A stretch of DNA of 48,659 nucleotides from Pseudovirgaria hyperparasitica (Eukaryota), in assembly GCA_010093815.1 (NCBI GenBank), contig ML996582.1; one strand, 5' to 3'. Made by a program: the position numbers and the translations under genes. Shown piece after piece: positions 36,209 to 47,112 of this stretch (position 1 is its first letter; each line of letters opens with the position of its first letter). The notes beneath the pieces were generated by a model. It had not been told where the DNA came from. It saw only the letters and a list, made by a program, of their open reading frames with translations, and did not search any database.

Positions 36209-38417
36209 CTTGGTATGGTGTGCATGCGTACGTGCATCTGGCAGCTGGGTTGTAGGATCTGTCGTCTACGTCTGGGGGTTCTTGTCGCGTTCATCACCAT
36301 ACGTTTCACTGGCAACCATACATACATACACGGCCTAGGCATGATATTGATATCTAGCGGGTACGGCATCGGATGTACGCCCACGCCTCTCCCACTTACT
36401 CGGGATGATACCTCTCACACACTGCAGTCTCGAAATACGCACTTCCTTCGCAAGTCCTTGTCGCTCCAATCGCCCCGTCCGTCATACCACCCCGCGTGAT
36501 GAACCGAAGACGACGCTCCACAGCCTTGCCCTCCACCTCCCACTCGTATGTAATCCAGCCACACGAAGTGAAATAGCTAGCGTCTTCTCCGTCCCATAAT
36601 CACGATCAACGCCAAACTCTATCTATCTACGACAACTCCAGCAGCAGTCCCGGCTGGCAACGACCGTCTCGAGCCCTTCTGGTATAAACAAAGAAGATTC
36701 TCCATTGTATTCTAGTATCGAGCCCCTCTTCGACGCAGTTCGGGGTGTGTTATCGACATTGGCGTCATTCCGAAGGCTATCAGCGCCTTTGAGGATGAAT
36801 GAATCGTTATAATTTCAAGACGAATCGACACCCATCCGGACTGTACATATTGTGGCACCGGGCAAATAGTCTCTAAACTCGACGAGCTCCTGGTATTTCC
36901 AGGGTAGCCTCTGTTGAGGAATACAGTATGTAGAGCACGCAAGCAACAGGCAAGGAACGGCAGTACTCTGTCTACTGCGTGGTAATGGCTGGTCTGATAA
37001 TAATCACTTGTTGTCTCAGTGTCAAGTTGTCGATGTACCTGCGCGATAATGCCATGATAGCTATAACATTGCAGCTCGTTACCCACGCCACCCGCACCCC
37101 CTTGCATAGACAGATGCCGGTAAAGCAGGCGCATAGGAGAGCACTTAGGAGACCGCTCGCTGTCGATGGGTTTCAGGTTTCCGTAAGGGATGATGGAAGT
37201 GATAGCTCTTAGGGTTGATCCGCGCAGGCTCCGGAAGTCCGGGTCACATGCCGGCAGGATGTATGAAACGGAGCTTGTCCCCATCGGGATAACGGCTCGG
37301 CAGCGCTTTGAGTTGCGTCTCTTCGACCTTCCATTACCATAAATCCTTGTTCTCTGCTGTCTCAATTTACTTCATCGGCCATCGAGCCTCCTTCCGCTGT
37401 TCTCTGTACACAGCCCCCGAGTACAGGCTTCATCCTGTCTCGTTCGAGCGCTCTCAGCCATCGTCTCATTCGTCTACCATCGCCGCAAAATCTTCTTTCC
37501 AGCCCGTCTATCGTATCACTTTCGAATCGTTCTTCGGTCATGAAACGGAGACTTCCTACTTCTCATTGGTGTCTACGGTTTCCATCAGGACCTGATTAGG
37601 ATCCAGCTATAGTCGAAATCACTGTCTGTTATATGTCCAGTCAAGTTGGCTTCTTTGTGGATTGCGACAAGTCACTTATGTGTTCAGAAAGTGGCGTTCC
37701 CAGTCCACTTTTCTCCACTCCTGTTTTCTTTACATATATCCACGCCTGGTGCCAGGATGTCGTTGTCTTCCCTTCACGCGTTTTCCTCACATATCGACGC
37801 CGCAGGGCTGGACACAGCCATCGATGCCAGCTTTCTTTGGCCGACGAGCGAGGATGATGATGATGCAACAACGCTATCAGAGTCTGGACGTTATTATCTG
37901 CCTGCAACAGTCACCACCCAATGATTCGGCAGCCTAAACAATGGTTGACCTTGAACAAGTCACTACGGCTCGCCCAACTCCTCTAGCAGTACTGAGTCAG
38001 TGGGATAGCAGATCAAGTTGCGAGGTCCCAATATACAGCAAGAAGGAACAAACACGGGAATAAGTACACCCGGGCTGTTTCAAGGCCTGTCCAGTGCCAC
38101 ACAGCATCAGCCTTGTATATCTTGTACGATCCATAAGAGACAAGATCCAAGCGACCCCTCAGGCTTTCTCCGGCAGCTATTAGATCGAGTGGCATCTCAC
38201 TTTCTAGCTTGAGTAGTCGCGCCATGAGTAAGTCTCTATTTTATCTAGACATATATATATCTATATATATACACACTTCCGCTACTTCAGCCCCAATCTG
38301 ATTATTATGTTATCCTATATTACCCTTCTCCCTTGATGGCATTTCGTCCCGTGCAAACTGCTCATCATTGTCCGAAGTTTCCTCAGCACTCGGTCCGACT
38401 ACAATCATCAGTCGACA

Positions 38418-41400
38418 ATGCTATCGAGTCCCCTTGTCGTTTGGTTCCTCCTTGCCTACTACACTAGCTTAGCTTATGGCGAGTCCCTCAAAGAAAGCGA
38501 TCTGACGGCAGAATCGTCTAGTCGTCCGTTCTCAACCTTGACCATCTCTCTATCAGGTCAAGGTGTGTGGCCAATCGACCAACAAGCAGCCAGCGGATAT
38601 TCGGAATCGTCGAGCTCAGACAGCTCTTCTTCAGACGACAGTACTCCTTACTCCAAGACGCCTGTTACCCCGCCGTCGACCATCTCATCGCCATTCACCC
38701 AGGATATCGGCCCTTCTTCTTCTTCGTCGTCGTCTTCTTATTATTCTCCTTCTCCTCCTCCTTCTCCTCCTCCTTCTCCTCCTCCTTCTCCTCCTTCTTC
38801 TTCTTCTCCTTCTCTTTCTTCTTCTCCTCCCTCTCCTTCTTCTCCTTCCCCTTCTTTTCCTCTCCCTTCTTCTTCTCCGTCTTCCTTTTCCAGCTTTGAC
38901 ACACTATCGTCGAATTCTCTGGTAGCCGAAAGCTCATGCTGCATTACTACCGGTGTAAGTTCTACATCAGCGATGCCATCCACCGCCAGTTCGTCAGCAC
39001 GCGTAGCAGGGTCATCTTTTGGCAATAGCCCTGAGGAGACATCACAAGCTTTGGGTGGCGCCTATAGTTCCACCAGGATAGTGGACGGGGTCCCGACTAT
39101 GGTGGAAGGTACCAGCACGGCACCCGACATAACTCCTCCTCCTGCTGTCCCTAGTGGGCCATTACCGTGGGGTCGAGTCGCTATTCCTATCGAAGTTGAG
39201 ATTGACGGCATCAAGTACATGCTTCCCATCAATCAGAGTCAAAAGTTTGACCACATTAACAAAGACAACAAAGTTATGCTTTTAGAGCTCTCCCACGATG
39301 AAGTCAAGATCACTACGGATCCGGAGGATGGTCCTCAGAAAAGAGAAACAACCGCTATCTACTCCATTCCGCAGGATATTGGGGATGGAGACGTCTCTAT
39401 CAATCCAAAGAGCGGTAGTGGGCCTACAATCAAGGCTCACCGGGGCCACAAGTCCAATAAGCACAAGAGTTCTCTCTTCGATGCACTCAAGTCGCTCACG
39501 GACACGGTTGGCAAGGTTGTGAGTAATGCAAACAGCGTGGTGGACTCTGCAAAAAAGTTGATTGAGGACGATTTCAAAACCCCAAGTCTACAAGACCAGG
39601 CGCTGACGTCGATCGATGAGCTCATCCAAAATGCCGTAAATTTTGCAGAGGACACAAGTCAAATGGCAAGTGATGCGAGTTTCGAATTGGTTGAACTGGG
39701 AACCATGAACGCTCCAGCTACCAAAGCATTCAACGCCTACGAGGGGAGCACATGTATACTCAACCAGCTCCGTCCAGTCCAGAACATCATGAAGATTTTA
39801 AAAGGTACGCCTGGAAACCCGGCCGCGCTGGATATATTTAAACATATCCTCAGGCGCACGGTGACAAAGCCTGTGGCAGGATTGCTGGTATTGAGCGGGT
39901 CTATCGCCCTATTACATCCCTTGGCCACACAGACGTACGATGACACAATTCCACTCTCAAATATGGTGGGTAGCTCAAGCTATACATCTTCAGCCGCTAC
40001 CTCGACCGCCAAGCCTACGGGGAAACGATCTCTGCACACCATCTTCACGAAGGACGGAACTCCTTATGAAACCTATAAGGCTTTCCTTGAGGGACTTCCG
40101 GACACTGTGCAGGTCAGCACGGACCAAAGTGAATTTCCTGATCCGCAGTGGCAGGTCTTGGTCATTAGTCTTACAGATCAGGAAGCCAAAGATATTGCAG
40201 GCCATCCAATCATACAGTTGCTAGTAAAAAAAACAGACCATATCGACGACCCAGTAATGGACGACTTCGCGGACTTCTCGGCGGACTTCTCGGGTCCCGA
40301 CCTCTCACAGCTAAATAAACGAGCTCCTCCACTGCGCCCGCTTCTTCCTAACACGATGCTGAGGAGGTCCTCTGCGCCCAATCATCTCAAGATGCTTGCC
40401 CAAAAACAGCCAGGAGACTTGAACAATCCCGGCTATCTATACGACAACCAGCTCGGCCTGGGAACCAACGTGTACGTATTAGATTCAGGGTTTGATTATA
40501 ATCATCCGGAATTTGCCCAGGGTGATCGAGATGAGAAGCCCAAGTTCATGGTCGTGCCGAACCGCTATGCCCTTGGTGTCATACCCGGCGCGAACGCCAA
40601 AAGGCAACGCTGGGCCCCCGAAGACTTGCGTGACTGGCTCATTGTCACTACCGAGCCACGATACCCGGGTGATGAGGTTGGATATCAGGGCCACGGCACC
40701 GGTATGGCAGCGGGTGCAGCAGGTCTGCTCTTAGGAGTAGCGCCCCGAGCGAACCTATACTGTATCAAAATATCGAATGCCATTCTAGATGACTTTGATA
40801 ACGTACCCGGTGTTCGTAGGGGTATTTATTACAAGGCGGCATCTATACAGGCTGAAGCCCTCAACTATGCCCTTGAAAGAGTTCTCAATAATGTATTGGC
40901 CACTGGTAAACAAGGAAAGGCAGTCATCAGCCTTTCCGCATTCACTGTACGATTCCACACGAACTCAGGACCGAATGTACGACAGAGACAGCTGTATGAG
41001 AAGCTATGGAACCATTGGACGCCGCTGCTCGAACGTCATGAAATCTTGTTAGTCGGAGCGGCATCAAACGGAGGATTGAATCCGGACCCCAGAAAACAAT
41101 ACGTCGAAAATTATCTGCCTCCGGGGGCCGAGAGGGTCAATAATGCTATACTAACGGTCGGTGCGGTCGATCTCACTGGCAAGTATGCGAGTTTCACTTC
41201 CAGGGCGAGACCCGGTGGCTTGGCGCAGGTTCGGATCCATGGTCCGGGCAGAAACGTACCATATGCACGATCGGTCATGCGCTTAGATTCCTCGATCGCT
41301 CGACTCGTAGATGAAACAAGCGGAACGAGTATTGCAACGGCTTTGATCAGCGGACTGGTGGCGTACTACATGTCTCTGCCGAGTGTGTACCATACCCTCA

Positions 41401-43056
41401 AGAGCAATACGGCCGATCCACGGTCCATGGCCGTAAAGTGGAAGCACTATCTACTTGATCATGCACATGAGCTGCTGACGGATCCCAACAATAAGTTCAC
41501 TTATCCGCCGCCTCCCGTACCCCAGGATGTTGATTATCCAATCCTGGTAGGGTACAACGGGGCTGCGAGCTTCGTCTGTAGTTTCATAGGTGGACCCCTC
41601 AGGGGTATACCCAAGAAGCGCCAACTCGATCACACGTTCAGCAGCTTTCACGGGTCTTCTCTGGCTGGGGAGTTGGATCAAGCTGACTCATGGGAGAATG
41701 TGAGGAGAGAGTGAGTCTTTTATTTTGTTACCACAAGACGTCGTCGTCGTCGTCGTCGTCATCATCATCATCATTCGTAGCCTGTTTAACAGAGCCTTTC
41801 TGCTGACGCGCGTTCGTTGCAGTGACATCAGCACGACGATCACCATTGAGGATGGGGTGATCAAGAACCCAGAAGCCATCGACTGGCCGCTACAGTGCGA
41901 CAGGACTGAAACCGGCACCATGTCCATGTCTCCGGCTTCGACCGGGTCAAGAACACAAGTGTCGACAACAGCCATGATGTCTCACGGTGCATCGGCTTCT
42001 TCACCTTCCAAGTCTCCGTCATCCGGCATCACAACGATGGTGACCCCCGTAGCGTCCAGCGGAAGTAAGCTGTCGTCCGGAGCATCCAGTGCAAGCAAGA
42101 TGTCGTCGTCCGGCGGCGCGACAAGCAACCCTTCCACCAAGAAGAAAACCACAGCCTCACCCACGCTCTCCACTCCCACCCCGACCGAACCCTCCCCATC
42201 ATCCGAACAGGAAACCCCAACCATAAACCCAACCCCAGTCGTCACCCACTGCGAACCCAAAGTCAACTGCGCCGCCGAAGTCCAATACCACTTCCTCACC
42301 GACGCCGCAGACGACATCTGCGACCACGACCTCGCGCGCGAGAACCCGCTCTTCAACCCAACCTCCAAACCCATCACCCGAACCGTCACCGACCCAGACA
42401 CAAGCATGACCTTCAACATCACCGTCTCCTGGATCCCCGGCTGCACGGCCGAGAAGGCCCACTTCCACGACTCCATCGACTGCTCCCGCGCCCTCCTCGC
42501 CCCCTACAACCTCTGCCTCGCCGGCGCAGACGACAACAACGTCGGCGGCTCCGCCACCTCCGGCTGCGTCCGCTACGACGTCGCCGTAGACTGCACCCCC
42601 GACGTCCCCCGCTTCATGCCCACCTGCAAGCCCTCCCTGAACTGCCCAGGCGGCATCAACATAGCCAGGGGCTGGTGGCAGGACTCGCGCGCGGCATGGT
42701 GCGACGACATCAAGGGCACCCGCATGCACCCGGGCGACCCGCCCTGGTTCCGCCGCTACGCCAAGCTCGGCGGCGAGTACCAGATTGTCTTCCGCGCCGA
42801 CTGGGTCAAGGGCTGTCGCCTGCTCGAGAGCCAGCCGATCAGCGAGACGACCAACCCGGACTCGCTGTACGGCCACGTGAATCTGTGCGAGAAGATGCTG
42901 GATGCGGCGGACGAGGAGTGTTCTGACGGGAATGATTTTGCTGGGTTTACGATGCTGGATCGTTGTGTCAGGGTGGAGATGATGGGCAAGTGCTGTTACG
43001 GCAAGGAGCAGTGTGAGAAGGGCGATCCGCTGTATGGGAAGGAGGAGCCGGATTAG
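38418..43056 (+). CDS. Large secreted subtilisin-like (S8) serine protease with a Ser/Pro-rich N-region and two C-terminal Cys-rich modules, ~1508 aa. Exons 38418-41710 and 41823-43056
   Basis: Signal-peptide-like N-terminus. Catalytic motifs: VYVLDSG (Asp), GHGTGMA (His), AASNGG (oxyanion Asn), SGTSIATALISG (Ser). Intron 41711-41822 (GTGAGT..GCTGAC..CAG, phase 2) joins the two long ORFs in frame. Confidence 0.88.
38714..38890 (+). repeat. Coding (TCT/CCT) low-complexity repeat encoding poly-Ser and SPPP repeats
   Basis: Near-pure C/T tract translating to SSSSSSSSYYSPSPPPSPPPSPPPSPPSSSSPS... Confidence 0.9.
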
Positions 43057-43242
43057 GATGGGGATGCGATATATTAGGTTGGGGTGAGACCTTGGGGCTT
43101 GTTTGGAGGATTGTTAGGAGCCTGTTTTGCTTAAGTTGGACGGATGGATAGGGACGCTCGTTTCTTTGCACATTCTTACCCTCTCTCGCGGTCGGCTGTA
43201 AAGTAGCAGTTTTTGTATTTCGAAATCTCAGTAGGCACGCAC

Positions 43243-43870
43243 TCTCACACACACTCACACACACTCACACACACTCACACACACTCACACACATCTATTA
43301 TACCTATCTATACCTACACCTCTCCTCTCCTCTCCTCTCCTCTCCTCTCCTCCCTTCTCCTCTCCCCTATATACATAAATACATACATACCCACCCACCC
43401 CCCAACTCACCCACCAACTCACCAACCGACAAAGCACCACAAAGCACCCCAAACCAAACCCAACCCACGTCCACCACACCATACATAGACCGAGACCAGA
43501 CACACACCGCCAAGAAAACAAAGTCGCCATCACATCGTAGTAGCATAAGTATGTATAGATAGATATAGATGTAGCCAAGTATAGCCAGCTATAGCCAAGC
43601 ATAGTCAAGCATAACCACCCAGCTATAGCCAGCTATACCACCCACATATCCCACCAACCAACCAACCACCCAGCTCTATATATAGAAAAGTATAGTAAGT
43701 AGTAGTAGTAAATAGGGATAAAGCTCGTCTATGATTATATAATATACCCATACCCATACCCATACCCATCCATCCATCCATCCATCGACGCGTAATATAG
43801 TTAGTAGTATATATATACATATAAAAATCTACTTTGTAAATATACTAGCTAGATATATATATATATATAT
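43243..43870. repeat. Microsatellite cluster between convergent genes: interrupted (CA)n, (CCTCT)n, a degenerate ~10-mer TATAGCCARG array, (ATACCC)n, (CATC)n, (TA)n
   Basis: Read directly at ~43243-43292, 43319-43350, 43570-43640, 43744-43785 and 43853-43870. Confidence 0.85.
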
Positions 43871-44409
43871 ACAAGAAACAGGCTAGCTACTACGTACGAC
43901 GTGGTTAGATGTAGATAGATATAGGTGGGATACGGCGGCCAAGTGTGCTTAGTCAATCAAGTATATATAAGAAAGTGGGATAGAAGATCGAAACTGTATA
44001 TATATGTCTACTTACCTACTTACCTACTATGATATAATAGGTATACCGGACTTATACTATGCTATACTTGATAGACAAGGACCAGGTCAGCCATCACGAC
44101 AGCACCGCACAACGACACGACAGGGCAGACAGCAAGGACAGACGTCGTCGTGAATCAGGAACTTTTTGCTATTAAACTACAGTTCGTACGCTACGTACGA
44201 GGTACCTATGGTGCGTTACAACACCGCGTAACCAAACCGCCTTCTACCCATTACCCCCTAGCGGACCGCGCAAAACACACCCCAGTCAACACCAAGACCG
44301 TGTTGCGCTCCGAGGAGCGAGAAGCGGTCGACGCCAGGCTCCGAATTCGCCAGCCAGCAACGGCAACATGTTATGCAAAAGAGAGAACAAGCGGGAGTGC
44401 CACGCCGCC

Positions 44410-45321
44410 TCAGTCACGGAGCCAGGCGCGACGCTTCTCCTCCTTCTTGGCCTTGCGCTTCTCCTTGAATGCCTTGACTTCCTCCTTTGTTAGTCTCTTG
44501 TTTGCCCGCTCGGCGCGCAGACTGCGGCCATCATGAGCGTTTGCGGCAGCCTCAGCATCAAAGTAGGCCTGTTGCTGGCGCTTGCTCTTGGCCTCGTCGT
44601 TGTAGTTCTCCGGGTTGAGGTCGGCGCGCTGCCACTTGCCGGTGAAGCGGTTGAAGCGGCCAGTCGCGGCGTAGGCGGCAGCAGGGTCAGCACCAGCAGC
44701 GATGGCGGCTTGTACGTCGGCTTCACGCTCGCGCACGGCGGCCTCTTCGGCGTCAGCCTTGGCATAATCGGCGTTGGGGTCGTAGGAGCCATGGATAGCT
44801 GGGTTGTAGCGAGGGCGGTCGGGCTCCGGAGAGGCGGCAGAAGAGGTTGCGACATCTGTGCCAGGCGCGCCGGCATAGCCCTTGTAGTTGGCATTTACGA
44901 CAGTGGTCGAGGCCTCTGGCACGCGAGGGTTCTCCCACTGATTGACGCCGGTGAAGCGGTTGTGGTAGTACCAGGCGCCGGCATTGTAGTCCCAGGCAGC
45001 TTCCCAGCCATCATCCTCTTGAGGCGGTGCTTCCTCAGGGAGTGGTGGCGGTGCGTCTTCAGCAGGGAGAGGAGGATTCACAGCAGCTGGGACAGGTTCC
45101 TCGGGCAGAGGAGGACCATCTGACGACGACGACGACGAGGTCTTGTCGATCTTTTCGATCTTGTCGTCCCTGACAACTACATCTGGAGCTGTCGCAGAGG
45201 TCTTCTCGGCCGTGTCGACATCAGGCGCGATCACAGAGGTCTTCTCGTCCTCGTTGACATCTGGCGGAGCTGCAGTGCCAGAGACGAGCTCGGCGTCAGC
45301 ACCAGCAGGCGACTTGGCCAT
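44410..45321 (-). CDS. WW-domain protein with a basic C-terminal tail, 303 aa
   Basis: Pro-rich PPLP repeats, WW domain GWEAAWDYNAGAWYYHNRFTGVNQWENP, then YNPAIHGSYDP, FNRFTGKWQ and KEEKRRAWLRD. Codon bias is strong. Confidence 0.9.
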   Translation of the reverse strand: MAKSPAGADAELVSGTAAPPDVNEDEKTSVIAPDVDTAEKTSATAPDVVVRDDKIEKIDKTSSSSSSDGPPLPEEPVPAAVNPPLPAEDAPPPLPEEAPPQEDDGWEAAWDYNAGAWYYHNRFTGVNQWENPRVPEASTTVVNANYKGYAGAPGTDVATSSAASPEPDRPRYNPAIHGSYDPNADYAKADAEEAAVREREADVQAAIAAGADPAAAYAATGRFNRFTGKWQRADLNPENYNDEAKSKRQQQAYFDAEAAANAHDGRSLRAERANKRLTKEEVKAFKEKRKAKKEEKRRAWLRD

Positions 45322-45937
45322 GTCGAACGTTCTAGGGACGAGTTAATACATTGCTAGCAACATATGCTCGACACTGCCGTGCCATGATCTACCGTATGTA
45401 TATAGTGTGAATGATAGGTTGCAGTCAATGAATGTGCGTAGGTTGACACGCGCGGTGTGTGTGGTGTGGAGGTTTGGAGGATCGAGGCTGAACGGAGTTG
45501 AACGTGGGCGAGTCCGTTGTGCGAGGGCGCTAGCGTGCCAAGAGTCACGAGACATGACCGATCCGGGCGTGTTGTCATGGGCACAATCTGCACAAATACA
45601 TTCAATAACAATACACATTATGATGTCACAAGTAACTCTGTAGTATCTGATAAGATTGTGTTGTCGTAGAAATGTTTGTTAGTTATCGAGGACCACGTGA
45701 CTCCATCCATGATGATGATGGCCCAAACGCCCGCAAACGCCAATAATGTCCTCCATATAAGCACCAAATGCCACAGTGAGCATGTATATTCCCAACGCCG
45801 AAGCCTCTGAGCATGCTCGCTGAAAACAAGAAGAAAATTCGGGCCCATCGTCATCAAGACGCATGAAGCACCAAAAACGTACGGACACGACTACGACGTG
45901 TTACGACAGGGATGGATCGATGCACATCATCAATCGA

Positions 45938-46258
45938 TCACAGCTCAGACTCGGTAGAGCCCGACGTCTGCGTCTGGAGCGAGGGCTGCGACGGCACGCC
46001 GTCATTCTCGGATCGTCTCCGTGCAGACTGGGTTGCAATCTCCATCTGCTCCTTTGTGTGCTTGTGCATTACGCTATTGTGCACGGTTAGCCAAAAGAAG
46101 AGACGAGTGCATGTCATATATGACGTGACGTACCGAGAGTAGCGCGACATGGCAGTGTGCGGATCCGAGAGGTCATACTGGTTGTTGAAGTTGTGCTGGG
46201 CAGTCATGGGCTCGGAGAAGCTGCCGTTGACGTAGACTGAGTTTTGGCCTTGAGGCAT
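45938..46258 (-). CDS. Small fungal protein, 86 aa when spliced. Exons 46258-46134 and 46073-45938
   Basis: Good start context (CACAATG). Intron 46133-46074 (GTACGT..GCTAAC..TAG). The spliced core AMSRYSRVMHKHTKEQMEIA resembles a small Pezizomycotina family I recall (Y.R.MH.HT..QM). Confidence 0.75.
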   Translation of the reverse strand: MPQGQNSVYVNGSFSEPMTAQHNFNNQYDLSDPHTAMSRYSRYVTSYMTCTRLFFWLTVHNSVMHKHTKEQMEIATQSARRRSENDGVPSQPSLQTQTSGSTESEL

Positions 46259-47081
46259 TGTGAAGGTGTTTGATATGAGGGATTGTTGATGGTGTGGGAT
46301 ATGTGAGATGAGTGAGTGAGTGAGTACTGTATCGATCGGCCCGGTAAAGAAGAGTGTGATTGAGTGAACTCTGGTGGAGGGATGGTGGATACAGGGAATG
46401 AAGAAGGAAGATATGGGATTGTAGCAAGTATATATCTGAGAATGGTGGGAAAGCTGGTAGAAGCTGGTTAGCTGGATCAGAAAACACGGGCGTGGGCAGG
46501 ACGATCAAATATCAAGCTGCTGCATACTACATACATCCATACACAACTGAAAGGCATGGAAAGAATGGATATGGAGTAAGCAACAGGGCCCCACGATTCA
46601 CGGCTCTGGAGATTGAGCCAGCAATCGCAGACTTCCCATTGGCTGAAAGTCGTGCTGAGAGTGCTGACTCGACCGCACTAGTCGGGATGTAGCTGCCTAC
46701 TTAGCGGCGAACGTAGGGATGCGCCGGATGAGGCAGGACCCTGCAGATCTTTGGGCGTTTTGGCGCCACCACAAGGCAGGAACGACGTCGCGCCAAGCAG
46801 CCACCGCGCAGACCTCAGAACGTACACCGCAGATCCCAGAACGTAGGACGTAATTGCTGCCTCCTAAGGCTCGCCATCCTCTCTCTACCCATCTCATCCT
46901 GCATACATATACGGACTACCGCTTCATCTAGGCCGGCCACCACTAAAGCTCTTTTGAGAAGAAACCTACGCTACTGTATTCCTTTCATGCAGGAACGGAC
47001 GGACGTTTTGTCGTGCTCGAGTCAGCTCGTTTGGCGGCGTATGGCATGGCCTGTCTTGGATGATAGGAAAACAAGACTAAC

Positions 47082-47111
<30 letters not shown>
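47082..47111. repeat. (CAT)10 microsatellite
   Basis: Read directly from the sequence. Confidence 0.95.

Positions 47112-47112
<1 letters not shown>

Noticed and set aside
37209..37216. AACCCTAA on the - strand, a possible telomerase RNA template in an ORF-poor interval
   Set aside because: An 8-mer is expected by chance. I see no U-rich pseudoknot or CR4/5-like element, and there is too little room downstream for a ~2-kb fungal TER.
38563..39025. Poly-Leu, poly-Phe and E/K-rich ORFs
   Set aside because: Alternative frames of the TCT/CCT repeat within the subtilase.
43500..44060. AT/TpA-rich tract suggesting a RIP-degraded transposon
   Set aside because: Short, made of simple repeats, with no terminal repeats or transposase/RT remnants. 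It lies in a convergent terminator region.
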